Source: Octopus sinensis
Lineage: Eukaryota
Assembly: GCF_006345805.1 (NCBI RefSeq)
Contig: NC_043009.1
Span: 42,284,001-42,348,000 of the forward strand
Direction of reading: 5' to 3'
DNA: 64,000 nt
Made by a program: the position numbers and the translations under genes. The notes below the pieces were generated by a model. That model saw nothing but the letters and a program-made list of their open reading frames with translations. It ran no database searches and was not told where the DNA came from. Below are positions 1-12,576 of the stretch, piece after piece (positions within the stretch are counted from its first letter, which is position 1; every line of letters begins with the position of its first letter).

Positions 1-592
1 TACAATGGACTTCTTTCAGTTTTTATCTCCAAATCAACTTAAAAGTCTGTCATCCACTTGAGTGAGACTCCAGTAGAATATACTTGCTTAAGGTACCACA
101 TAAAAAAATCGAACCCAGAAACATGTGGCTAGAGAGTAAACTTGGTGCTGGTATAGTATGTGATCAACATACATGTTTCTGGTATAGCTTGTGATCTACA
201 TTAAGTCAAATGGTATAGTTTGTGATCTACTCCAACTTTTTGATCTACATTTAAAATTTATCTATTTACTTGACTTCTGGTTGGTTTGGTATATAAACCA
301 AAACAACTTTTATGATTTACACACTTTTAGTCCTGAGCCTATCGAAAGAAGTCGTGATGAGAGCAAAAGAACTTTACATACAGGTTTTTCGAGATGAAGA
401 AGCTGCAATAGAATTTCTCTGATGCTATGAACTCATTTATGAACATGGAGATATTGATCCATCTCTAATTATAATTGCAAATTTATAGCAAAATTTTGAA
501 TGTAGATAACAAGCTAGTCTAGATTTAAGTTGCTGTAGATCACATGGTATGTAGATTACATACTACACCGGCACTGTAAACTTTTTATCACA

Positions 593-1390
593 TAGGTGCA
601 GGAGTGGCTGTGTGGTAAGTAGCTTGCTTACCAACCACATGGTTCCTGGCTCATTCCCACTGCATGGCACCTTGGGCAAGTGTCTTCTACTATAGCCTCA
701 GGCCGACCAAAGCCTTGTGAGTGGATTTGGTAGACAGAAACTGAAAGAAGCTCGTCGTATATATGTATTTATTTATATATACTCTTTTACTCTTTACTCT
801 TTTACTTGTTTCAGTCATTTGACTGTGGCCATGCTGGAGCACCGCCTTTAGTCGAGCAAATCGACCCCGGGACTTATTCTTTGTAAGCCCAGTACTTATT
901 CTATCAGTCTCTTTTGCCGAACCGCTAAGTGACGGGGACGTAAACACACCAGCATCGGTTGTCAAGCAATGCTAGGGGGACAAACACAGACACACAAACA
1001 TATACACACATACATATATATACATATATATACGACAGGCTTCTTTCAGTTTCCGTCTACCAAATCCACTCACAAGGCATTGGTCGGCCCGGGGCTATAG
1101 CAGAAGACACTTGCCCAAGATGCTACGCAGTGGGACTGAACCCGGAACCATATATATGTATATATACATGTATGTATGTTTGTGTTTCTGTGTTTGTCCC
1201 CCAACATCACTTGACAACCGATGCTGGTGTGTTTACGTCTCTGTAACTTAGTGGTTCGGCAAAAGAGACTGATAAAATAACTACTAGGCTTCCAAAGAAT
1301 AAGTCCTGTGGTCGATTTGCTCAACTAAAGGTGGTGCTCCAGCATGGCCACAGTCAAATGACTGAAACGAGTAAAAGAGTAAAAGAGAGT
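593..1390 (+). mobile_element. tRNA-derived SINE family A (CORE-like), with a second SINE-A nested antisense at ~781-1150
   Basis: A-box-like tggctgtgtgg, B-box-like segment, CORE-like ccttgggcaagtgtcttc, internal (TA)n/(TG)n spacer, (taaaagag)n tail. About 20 copies in the window. Confidence 0.85.
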
Positions 1391-1439
1391 ATATTTTTGT
1401 TTCTTAACTTGCTTGTTAACTTATTTAAAAATTATTATA

Positions 1440-2056
1440 ATCTTTTATTCTTTTAATCTTTTACTTATATCAGTTATTAGATTGTGGCCATGCTGGAGCA
1501 CTATCTTGAAGAATTTTAGTGGAATGAATTGAACCTGGTGCTTCCCTCTTTTTTAAGTCTCGTACTTATACTCTCACTCACTTTTGCTAAACCACTAAGT
1601 TACAGGGACATAAACACACCAACACCTGTTATCAATCAGTAGTGGAGGATAAACACACACACAACACATATACGACGGGCTTCTTTCAGTTTCCATCTAC
1701 TGAATCTCCTCTTAAGGTTTTAGTCAGCTCAAAGCTTACAGTAAAAGACACTTGATGAAGGTGACATGCAATGGGACTGAACTAGGAACCATCTGATTGA
1801 GAAGTAAACTTCTTATTTCTTTACTGCCCACAAGGGGCTAAACATAGAGGAGATGAACAAGGACAGACAAACGGAGAAAGTTGATTATATCGACCCCAGT
1901 GCATAAGTGGTACTTATTTAATCGACCCCGAAAGGATGAAAGGCAAAGTCGACCTCGGAGGAATTTGAACTCAGAACGTAGCAGCAGACGAAATACCGCT
2001 AAGCATTTTGCCCGGCATGCTAACGTTTTTTACCACACAACCATGCCTGCACCTAT
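1440..2056 (-). mobile_element. SINE-A interrupted by a SINE-B copy (~1813-2030)
   Basis: The SINE-A body stops at 1812 and its head resumes at 2031 (taccacacaaccatgcctgcacct). The intervening sequence matches SINE-B. Confidence 0.8.
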
Positions 2057-2144
2057 TATAAACAAATAGCAGCAGATTAAAAGAATAAAAGATTATAATA
2101 AATTTAAATAAGTTAACAAGGAAGTTAAGAAACAAAAATATACT

Positions 2145-2395
2145 CTCTTTTACTCTTTTACTCTTATGCTCTTTTGCTTGTTTCAGTCATTTGACTGAGG
2201 CCATACTGGAGCCCCACCTTTAGTCGAGTAAATCGACCCCGGGACTTATTCTATGGAAGCCTAGTACTTATTCTATTGGTCTCTTTTGCTAAACTGCTCG
2301 GTTACAGAGACGTAAACACACCAGCATCGGCTGTCATATGATGTTGGGGAGACAAACACAGACACACAAACATATACACATACATACATATATAT

Positions 2396-2439
<44 letters not shown>

Positions 2440-2606
2440 TACGACGGGCTTCTTTCAGTTTCCGTCTACCAAATCTACTCACAAGGCTTTGACCGGCCCG
2501 AGGCTATAGTAGAAGACACTTGCCCAAGGTGTCACACAGTAGGAATGACCTCAGAACCATGTGGTTGGTAAGCAAACTACTTACCACACAGCCATTCCTG
2601 TGCCTA
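2145..2606 (-). mobile_element. SINE-A, full length
   Basis: Head, CORE-like segment, (TA)n spacer and tail are all present. Confidence 0.85.
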
Positions 2607-3043
2607 TGTGATAAAAATTTTACGGTGCCGGTGTAGTATGTGATCTACAGCAACTTAAATCTAGACTAGCTTAGTGATGGAGATCAGACAGTGTAGCAAG
2701 TAGAGTCAAATTTATTGTGAAATTTGTGTTGATTGAAACTTCAAAATTTGTTTAATGACTGCTTTATTCCGCCCGGATAAGTCATTAGGTGAAAATCTTT
2801 TTGTCTCAAACAGATTTTTATTATGAATGACACAAGCATTATTGGATCAAAATAGCAATATTTGTATCATATTTAAAGCAGATACAACATTGAAAGCCTC
2901 ATAAGCTGTGGTATTCATCTTGAGATAGCTTCTATTATAATCGTTCAGTCACTGGTTGATTTTTGTCTGCTACTGATCTATTTCTGTGTTTTTTAACACT
3001 ATACATATTTAAGAGATGTTATTTCAAAACAAATAACATCTCT

Positions 3044-3087
<44 letters not shown>

Positions 3088-3329
3088 AAATTTATATAGA
3101 TAAGAATAAGATCGTTATTTAAATATCAATCTTATCAAGTGGCTCGCATGGGAATAAAAAACCTTCAAAGGTAATAATTATTATTAAAATTATTATTTAG
3201 GGTATCTAAGAGATATCACCACGTTGGAAACAGCAGCCAAAACTTGACTCTAAAACCACATTAAATGTTCATACAGCACCAGGAGAGAAGACAAAAAGAC
3301 AAAATTAACTAGCAAAAAATTACTGGATA

Positions 3330-3387
3330 ATTCCAGATCCCGGATTTCTGGCTCTGCATAAGAAATTCTTTGCCTCATCAGTGGAAT
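3330..3387 (-). ncRNA. Type-I hammerhead motif in a PLE pLTR-like fragment (~3095-3410)
   Basis: Minus strand: attcca-CTGATGA-ggc...gcc-a-GAAA-tccggga-TC-tggaat. 6-bp stem I and near-palindromic short stem III. Confidence 0.75.
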
Positions 3388-3569
3388 ATACAACACAGAT
3401 AGCACATAAATACAAATATATATATACAATAAAATATATATATATATATATCATATATATATACATATATATATATCTGTGTGTGTGTGTATGTGTGTGT
3501 TTTATATGCATCAATATGTGAGCATATATATGTATGTTATATATATATATTATTTGATGTTGATGACGT

Positions 3570-4174
3570 TGACAACGACCACAGTGATGACGATGATGAT
3601 GTTCATGGGGAAAATGACGATGTATTCTGTGCTTTGACATTTACATTTTGCAATAATGTAACTACATTCCTCAGCATTTGTCCTATGTTATGTTGTACCC
3701 GAATGTTTTGTGTATCTATGTTACCAAATGAAGCAACTATTGCTATCCTCAGCAGTTTCACCTCCACCTTCTCCTCCTTCTCCTGCTCATCATCGTCATC
3801 ATCATCATCATCAATATGATCATTATTAATATTTTCATTCACATTATTATGTACGTTTCATAGTTGTATTTAATGTTGCCCATTTTGTTGCAGTTGTGTG
3901 GTCATGTTTCTTTACAAATTCTTCGTCCATGTTCACAAACGAATCGTGTTTTTGTATGGAACAGATAAATAAAAAGATGTTATAATTGAAATATAAAGAT
4001 TGCAGATATTAATATTATACAAGAATATCTTGGGGTTTGTATTTCAAATACAATGTGTGTGTGTGTGTATACTTATCGTATATCAGGCCATATATTTTGT
4101 ATTAATATACGTCATATATATATATACATATATGCCTGTATGTGTGTGTATGTATGCGTATATATGTGTATATG

Positions 4175-4214
<40 letters not shown>

Positions 4215-4380
4215 GCATATACATTTATATACATTATATATTTTGTATTATTATTATTATATATAATATATATATATACATATATATATTGCATATATAT
4301 ACAGTGTGTGTATGTGTGTATAATATATATAACCTACTTATTATATCTGCATAACATATATAAATTTACATAGATATATT

Positions 4381-4460
<80 letters not shown>

Positions 4461-5442
4461 CACATATGTGTGTGTGTGTATAAAATAATAAATAGTTAGA
4501 TACTTATATACACACCCCCAAGCACACAGACAGAGAAAAAGAAAAAATGACAGAAAATAAAAGTAAGAAAAACAAAGATTAAGACATGGAAGAGTGTGTG
4601 TGGGTGTGTGTGTGGGTGTGCACGCGCATGTGTGTGTGCATGTGACATGCAGAAAGACGCACAAAACCAAATTCTCAATAAGCTTAAAACCTGACAAAAA
4701 AAATTTATTAGATTTCCACACACCCACAGAGACACACAAATCAAAATAAATAAAAAAGTGATGCATCAATATAGATATATAGATATATATATATATATAT
4801 ATATGTGTATATATATATATTTACTTAAAAGTGATGAATCGATATATATATATATATATAAGTATGTATATACTTATACACATGCATGCACATACACACA
4901 ATTTCTTTTATTAGAACTGTTATTATTCCTCTATTTTATTGCATCGGAACCATTCAATGGTAACTTTGGCTTTGAAAAATACTTTTCCTATGTAAAAGAG
5001 TGAGGCACATCCTCTTGTAATGTTTAGGCAAAGGGAATTATAGAGCGAAGGGCAATGCCTTTTATTTCTTTTTTTTTTTTTTTTTTTTTTTTACTTTTTT
5101 TTTTTTCTTTCTCATCCACAGCTAAGCTTCATGCACTTGATATTAAAAAAAAAATATAGAGGGGAGCAGATATGCAAAAAAAAAAAAAAAGAAAAAGAAA
5201 ACTGTAGCATTGAAAGTTAAATTTTAATCATAACTAATGATATTTATGGTCAGTAAATCTTTATAAAAGAACATGCAGAATGAGTTCTTAGGAATATAAA
5301 CATCCTACGCTCACTCTCTCTTTTTCTCTCTCTCTCTCACACACAAATATATATGCACAGGGGTATGATTATATAGAACATATATTATATATATTCCTAT
5401 ATGTATTTATATAATAAGTATTATATATATATATATATATAT

Positions 5443-5483
<41 letters not shown>

Positions 5484-5745
5484 ACACACACGTGTATGTT
5501 TACAGACAACCCCACACATTTCCCATACCACACAAAACCAAGAAACAACACCACATATCATATATATTCATAAATACAAAGTATTAAGAAAGATCTTGCT
5601 TTGTGAAAGAATATGCATGTACATAGATGTATATATATATATATATATATACAAAGATACATACATATATACATATATATACATATATATGTATATATAC
5701 ATTTAAATATATATATATGTTATGCATATATGTATGCATGTATTA
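3570..5745. repeat. Compound microsatellite field ((GAT)n, (TA)n, (TG)n, polyT); similar fields at 17.5-20.5, 42.0-42.3, 47.7-48.3, 56.8-58.3, 60.2-60.5 and 61.65-62.0 kb
   Basis: Directly visible. These tracts explain the YI/CV/HT/II-rich ORFs. Confidence 0.95.
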
Positions 5746-5994
5746 GAACCAGGCTTTGCTGTAGGGTTAAGAAATTGCTGTATAGTCAAGAGGTTCTAGG
5801 TTTGATCCCATTGCACAGCACCTTAAGGGGCATCTGTTTTCTGCTGAAGTATTTGGTTTAACAAATACTTTATGGCCTGGAAATCTTACATGGAAACTCC
5901 GGCAAAATGTCTGCTGGATATATATCTGTGCGTGTTCGTGTGTGTGTGTATGTGTGTGTGTGTATGTGTGTGTGTGTGTGTGTATGTGTGTGTG

Positions 5995-6235
5995 CGTGTG
6001 TGAAAATGTGTGGCCTGGTGTTTAAGGGTGTTGCATTCAAAATCATGAGATTGTGGGTTTGATTCTCACACTGGCTTTGCATTATGTTCTTAAGCAAACA
6101 CTTCATTTCATGTTGCTCCAATGGGTTACCCTACAAGGGAATACTCTTCCAGTTAGAGGAAATGTTGGTCTGCCCTACCCCTACCCAATGGAGTGGCATC
6201 GTTCAATAGCCAAAATTATGCAAAGCACATTATGA
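5995..6235 (+). mobile_element. Diverged tRNA-derived SINE family F
   Basis: Head similar to 51580 and 53358 (tggcctggtgtttaagggtg...ttgattctc...ttgagcaa.acact.catttcatgttgctcc). Confidence 0.55.
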
Positions 6236-6745
6236 CCCATGATGTATACCAACACCCAACAGTCTGATTGACACATTGTTTCTTGGTCTGGCCGTTGTCC
6301 GTGCAACATCGATATTCTTCCCTCTGTTTGTGATATCTTGTATCTCTGCCGTAAGGCTTCATTTCCACACACGTCACCTTAATTCAATTCATCCTTAGTC
6401 GAAAGACACCTGTTGTTATGTCCTGTTATTATTTTTATTGTATTTGTATTTGTGTAACATTCTCCGTTTTTTCCGTCCTTGTTTTTTGTATTCATTCGCT
6501 GCTTTCTTCCAAGGAATCTAATGCTCTTAGCTTAGTTTTTCCTTGGGGCTGGCCAGATTGGAGCAATCTCATGTATAATCAGCCGAAATTGCGAGGATAA
6601 TCCGGTGCATGATATATAATACTTATATAAATTTCGAATGACCTGTCCTTGTTTTCTTTGTATCGTCTATCTGGATATTTTGTTGTCCCATTTTTGTATC
6701 ACCTAGCTGACCGGATGTTTTGCGTTCTTGTCCCATTTTGTATAA
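6222..6745 (+). mobile_element. pLTR-like repeat, family X1, carrying the permuted hammerhead-like motif; partial second copy at 27985-28112
   Basis: Shares taatcagccgaaatt.cgaggat.atccggt and ttttgcgttcttgtccca with the 28 kb copy. T-rich 3' tract ends in (TA)n. Confidence 0.55.
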
Positions 6746-6764
6746 TATATATATATATCATACA

Positions 6765-7017
6765 AAACTGCTAAGTTACAGGGACGTAAACATACCAGCA
6801 TCGGTTGTCATGCGATGTTGGTGGGACAAACACAGACACACAAACACACACATACATATATATATAAATACATATATACGACGGGCTTCTTTCAGTTTCC
6901 GTCTACCAAATCCACTCACAAGGCTTTGCTCGGCCCGAGGCTATAGTAGAAGACACTTGTCCAAGGTGCCACGCAGTGGTACTGAACCTACTTACCACAC
7001 AGCCACTCCTACGCCTA
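6765..7017 (-). mobile_element. SINE-A, 3'-truncated
   Basis: Head and CORE-like segment match the other copies. Confidence 0.8.
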
Positions 7018-7107
7018 CTAAAAATAATAGTAATAATAATAATCCTTTCTATTATAGGCACAAGGCCTGAAACTTGGGGGAGGAGGAAATTGATTATATC
7101 AATCCCA

Positions 7108-8420
7108 GTATACATTGGGTCTCATATTAATTTTAAATACAGATATTCTGCACTCCTGAACTCATTTAAATATGAGGTTCATAGTAAATCCACGTCCCTA
7201 GCCAACCTCATATACCGTCTGATAAATAGGAAAATATCATATAGGATATCCTGGGCCATAATAGATTCTGGTGTCCCACATGTGAACACTGGGTGAAAGA
7301 AGCCCTCCAAATATTAATTCATGATTCACCACAATTACTCAATAAACAGTACAAAGCATTTTGTACATGTAAATATAAGTTCTATTATACCTTTATATTC
7401 TTCAATAGGTCCAAATGCAAGCAAAATCAACAGACATATCACTTGGTTATGTCGTTACAATATATGCACATTACAATATATGTCATTACAATATATGTCG
7501 TTACAATATACGTATCTTACAATATACGTACGTTTCTTCTCTTTCATCTATCAGCAGAAATAGCTTGGAAGCTAGCTAGCTGCAATAATCTTTTTTTAAA
7601 TTTTTAATCTATAATCTTTTAAATTTTTTTTTATCTTTTATCAAATTTAATTGTATCTTTTATCCTTAAGTTAAGCATCTGTTTTTAGCTATATTTTAGC
7701 TATCCTTACTGACCACAGAACTAAATATTATTTCTGACCACATCGATCCTAGAATTCATCTATTAAATTAATAGCAATAAATGCCTTCCTCCTCCACTTT
7801 ACCAAAACTTTAATGCCCGACCTCTCACCTCAAACCGATCCTAATGAAGCATAATCCTGGCATCTTATCTTTATCTTTATTTTTGATTTTTGATTTTGAT
7901 TTTATTTTACTTTCACCCTTATTCACTCTTTCCTGCACTTACCCCATTTCATTCTTTTCGCTCTTTATCCTCTCTCTTCTATTCGCTCACTCACAACCCA
8001 TATCTGTCTATCATGATGTCTGTCTTTCTCACTCTATATACCCACGTGGACCATTTTCACACTAGCCAAAAACTTAATTCTATTCCTTCAACATGAACGC
8101 AGCATTCAAAATACTGCCTAGGTATACTTGGGATTATACTTAAGGACCTATACCTTCATGGAAGTACGGACCAACCTCCATACCCTCTAGAAGAAGATGA
8201 GCTGTGAACTTTATTCTCCTGTCTGTATTCGTCTATCTACTGTTTTACTCATTTATAAACTAAATTCCCTGTTTAGAACTTTCATATATACTCACCTTGT
8301 CTCTGATGATGGAATACCAAATGTATGGAGATGCTAACCTATCACTCGGGATATCCTGGAAACAGCTGTAAGACATCCAATATTTAATTAATTAATTACT
8401 TCAAATTCAACTTTCCTGTA
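7108..8420 (+). mobile_element. 5'-truncated Penelope-like element: GIY-YIG endonuclease C-terminus plus pLTR
   Basis: Translates VYIG...FKYRY...NSF...STSLANLIYRL...YRISWAII...KEALQIL...LLNK...CTCKY, the PLE GIY-YIG C-terminal pattern. A hammerhead lies near the 3' end. Confidence 0.75.
8298..8375 (+). ncRNA. Type-I hammerhead with palindromic stem III
   Basis: tgtct-CTGATGA-(long imperfect stem II)-GAAA-cagctg-TA-agaca. Confidence 0.8.
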
Positions 8421-8444
8421 ATATATACATATGTATATATATAT

Positions 8445-8652
8445 GTTGATTCGCTAGCTTCTGCACGCATTTTTTTTCTCTTCTTGTTTCTCTCCGTGTT
8501 TCTTTTCTGTGTATCTTTCTGTTGAAGAGTGTAGGCTCGAAACATAAAAGACTTGTTTTATTTATATTCCTGAGCGCCATACTAATATAATTGTTTGTCT
8601 GTACTCCACCTGCCTTCGTCTTTTGTTTATTTTCATAAAGCTTCCCGTTATG
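8445..8652 (+). mobile_element. PLE pLTR-like fragment with variant minimal hammerhead (8515-8550); same family as 61800-61955
   Basis: cttt-CTGTTGA-a-gagt gtag gctc-GAAA-ca-TA-aaag. Downstream ttcctgagcg..atactaatata...ccacctg.cttcgtcttttgttt is shared with the 61.8 kb copy. Confidence 0.65.
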
Positions 8653-8885
8653 TATATATATAGGTATGTATGTATCTTAATATTAAACAAGAATACTGTT
8701 GACAGTGAATTCACTTAAACCAAATTTATTTACTGCTAAGTTATTTTGGTTATTCACATGTCGCTGAGCTGAACGAACTAAATTTTTAACTTGTATATAA
8801 GTCTGAACATTTGTATATGCACTGTGGATACGTTGTGTTCGTATGGTATGTACAGATGTTCATAATTATGTACTTATGGTTATGT

Positions 8886-8940
8886 CATACTGATGGTAAA
8901 GTGGTATTACATCACTAAACCAGAAATCGATCGATATATG
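8886..8940 (+). ncRNA. Decayed type-I hammerhead (3-nt core deletion)
   Basis: cata-CTGA[tga missing]-tggt...acca-GAAA-tcgatcga-TA-tatg. Confidence 0.65.
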
Positions 8941-9207
8941 GTTAAACTTCTACAAAAAATCTTTTTTGTTCCTTCCCTCGCTTTCAGCACGCGTATATGT
9001 GATGGATAAAGTAGTTTAGAGCCATTTGGCATCTTTTTCTAACATGTGGCATGACTTTGTAGTTGCCCTTATTATAATTTTACAATTATATATATATGTA
9101 AAATTATATACTCTGCATTAATTCTTAATAATTGGTTTTTACTTTTTTACATGCTAGCTATTCGATAAAATCGTATAGGAATTTTATCCTTGATATTAAT
9201 TCACACA

Positions 9208-9281
<74 letters not shown>

Positions 9282-11024
9282 ATCAAAGTATGGTGGTTTT
9301 GTTCACAGGTGATCTAAACGATTAAGTACGCTAGGTAAGTATTGTAATGGATTACTAGGGCTCGACGGTTATAGCCAAGACAGTAGTTATAGAGCCATTA
9401 CAGATTTCCGATGCAGCAGATATATAACTGTTTAAAGGACAACAGACATTAAGGCAAGACAAGCATCTCAAGTCGTATACACTATTAATATTGGAAAAAA
9501 TTCAAAGTCTTACGGATGTTTCTGTGATATATGTGAGAGTATACATCTATATTTTTATATGTGTATATACTTATGTATAAATGTGTGTATGTAGGGTGGG
9601 CTCTTCTATCATATATGATAGATGAGGGTTCCACAATATTTGCTGAACACCCTACATAAAGGATTTGTTTATAGGTAAAACGTTTGTGTTGTACATTAAC
9701 TCATTCTTCCTTCAAACTGGCATTGTCTGGACAGTTCCAGTGTATACTGTATATCGGGCATCAAAGTGATTGCCAAACAACAGAAAATGAAGTGTCTTGC
9801 TTAAGGACACAATGCACTAACTAGTCCAGGAATTGAAACCATGGTTTTACGATCATGAGCTCAAAACCCCATCCACTAGACTACATGCCTTCACTATATA
9901 CACACTCACACACACACACATACACACACATACACACACACACACACAACACACACACACACACACACACAAACGCACGCACACACACACACAAAATGAC
10001 CAAATGAAGGAAGAATTGTAACATTTAAAGCAACAGATTAAAGAATGAATATGATTTTGCTCTACACCATGTATTGAGTCCTTTATCCCCTTTTCCATTA
10101 TATTCAATGTGCATACATATGTAAGCACATAAGTGTTTATACATGCACACATTTAGTTACCAAGCTATCCCCCTGTACAACCAACTCCCTATCAGTCTGA
10201 CTGAATGTCTGTATGTCTGTCTGTCTGCCTCTACACTTTTATTCATTTGTTTTAATTCCTCTAAAAATAGCAATGAGAAATTATTCAGGAATGTCGTGTT
10301 AGAGAAGAGGAAGCAGGGTTTTTGTGGAAGAGTAATCGGAGATTAATTCTTTACAGTAAATTTTACTGAAAATAAATCACGGCCTGTGAGATTACTCATT
10401 GTTACTATGAGGCATGATGGGATAGGCATGGTGGTAGTGGTGGGGTGTAAAACAAGATACAAAAAAAATGCAAAAAAGTTTTTAAAAAAGGCCATAAGGT
10501 ATCAACTCCATTCCTTCCCCATCTCTACCTAATTCTGTATTTGTCTAAATTTTCAGATTCCCTTACATTTCCACCAATGAATTATTCCGTGTCCCAAATA
10601 ATTGTTGCATTTTTCATTTACTTCTTAATTTTACGTAAGTAGGCATCCTAAACTTGTCAGGAGTTTCTTGGTGAGAAAGAATGGTAAGTTGTGACATTTA
10701 TGGCATCCCCCTGGGGCATCTGAGACAATAAATAACGTGAAATAGCTGCAAATGATAAGTGAAATTGAATCAAGGGCTCATTTTGCCAAAAGCTTATCGT
10801 TTCTCTTGTATGGTACTCACTATAAACCCTTCTTTGGTGAAGACAGTCAATGCTTCTTTACTGCAATAGCTTCATATTGTGGCAGAAGAAATTCTATTGC
10901 ATACCTTAAATGGTATAATCACTGTCAAATAAAGACCAGGAAGGAATCAACAAATATTATTCCAAAAATGTGGTTGAAAAGAATTCAAAGACCTAAATTT
11001 CATTAACACTTCTGTTTAATTTCT

Positions 11025-11385
11025 TTATGGCTCTGTGGTTAAGAAGCTCATTTTGTAACCATATGATTTGAGTTCAGTCTCAGTGTGAGGTACGTTGGGC
11101 AAGTGTCTTCTACGATAGCTCTCAGCCAATCGATGCCTTGTAGGTGAATTTGGTTGAGGGAAATGGATTGAAAGGCTGTGGTGTAGATTTGTGAGTGTGT
11201 ATGTGTAGCTTTGTCCACTGCCACCACTTGACAACTGATGTTAGTTTGTTTGCATCCCAATGACTTAATGGTTCAATAATAGAGATCAACAGAATAATTA
11301 CGAGACTTAAAAATACTTAATTTGCCTAAGCAATTCCAGAAGGTGGCCCAGTATGGCCCCAGTTCAATAACTGAAAAAGGACAAA
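11025..11385 (+). mobile_element. Diverged SINE-A
   Basis: Head, ttgggcaagtgtcttctac and tail motif are recognisable. Confidence 0.7.
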
Positions 11386-12084
11386 ATATAATATATTTGT
11401 ATAAATATACATACATATATTTATATATATATATATATATATAATAATATATATATTAATATATATATATATCTTATATATATATATATATATATTTAAT
11501 ATAATAATATATGTACACGCACATTTATAAAATACACACATACACATCACTCATCATCATCAATATCCTCATCATCCTCAACCTACAGTTCCATTTAACT
11601 GAAGCTCAATTTCAATCTCTGGAGCTTTTAAGTGACAAAGTACAAGACTGCAACCTTGGATGAGATGCCAGTCCACTGCAGGGTCAACTCTCCCAGTTGT
11701 AGCTGGCATTAATTTTCAATCAAATCAATGTGAAATTAACAGCCATCACCACCACTATAGCCATAATCACTTTCACAACCACAACAATGATGACCACCAC
11801 TGGGAAGTGAAACTAGGTTACGTTTCTGAGTCCACTATGAGATTACAGCCAACTCTATTGTACTCATAAACTCTCTCCCTCACTCTCCCTCTCTCTCTCT
11901 CTCTCTCACACACACACCACAATGTGGTCTCATGTATAGAATGGTTGGTTGAGATACTTCTCGCTCACAAAACTTCTTTATATATTTTAGCCAAGACTGG
12001 GTCCTTGAGGACAGTATCAGAAGGCATCAGGAGCAATATAAAGGAAATCAGATTAAAGTGTTCAGTAGAGCTGTTACAAACGGT

Positions 12085-12470
12085 TTTGCTTATGCCTGTC
12101 TCCTCTCATAGCTCGTCCTCCTAGCGTTCATAATAGTTTTTCTATCGTCTTGGCTTAACGGCCCTCACTGTTTGTTTTTACTGTCTTGTTTTCACTGTCC
12201 TGTTCTTGTTGCCACTTTCACTTTATTTAATTTGCTTTGCAGGAAGGATTGTTTCAACAAAGTCACGTATTGTCCTTACCTTCGAAAACACGGAGTAGAT
12301 GAAACAGGGAAAACTGATGAAGGGGAATATTCTATATGTTGCATGTCTTGTTTCTCTGTTTTGTTTTTTACGTTGTTCGAAAAAAGTTCGTTTTCTATGT
12401 TTTTGTTTTTATGTTTTCGCTTCTCATTGTGTTCAAAGTATTTTTTATGTTGTGTACCCATATATGCATA
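12085..12470 (+). mobile_element. pLTR-like repeat, family X2, carrying the permuted hammerhead-like motif; second copy 61447-61646 (-)
   Basis: The two copies align closely (tgtccttaccttcgaa.ac.cggagta.atgaaacaggga.aactga.gaag.ggaatattc) and end at (TA)n. Confidence 0.6.
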
Positions 12471-12539
12471 TATATATATACATATATATGAAGGTATGTA
12501 CATATGTATGTATATATGCATATATTTATATATTATTTA

Positions 12540-12576
<37 letters not shown>

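Larger units (their letters stand above)
511..2672. repeat. Inverted duplication: arms ~511-1460 and ~2073-2672, each a SINE-A copy plus unique flanks
   Basis: aagctagtctagatttaagttgctgtagatcacat (511) is the reverse complement of 2638-2672. The flank at 1390-1460 is the reverse complement of 2073-2145. The arms share private SINE variants (gtctctgtaac, aggcttcca). Confidence 0.85.

Noticed and set aside
340-500. Possible Merlin/ISXO2-like transposase N-terminus (VFRDEEAAIEFL)
   Set aside because: Too short and interrupted; no catalytic motif or TIR could be established.
5061-5200. Strong polypyrimidine tract plus CAG acceptor at ~5121
   Set aside because: Followed by poly-A runs, with no open frame or plausible donor.
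10600-11006. 84-aa ORF and complex sequence (similar complex stretch at 22550-23130)
   Set aside because: No recognisable motif or splice structure; probably decayed transposon sequence that I cannot assign.
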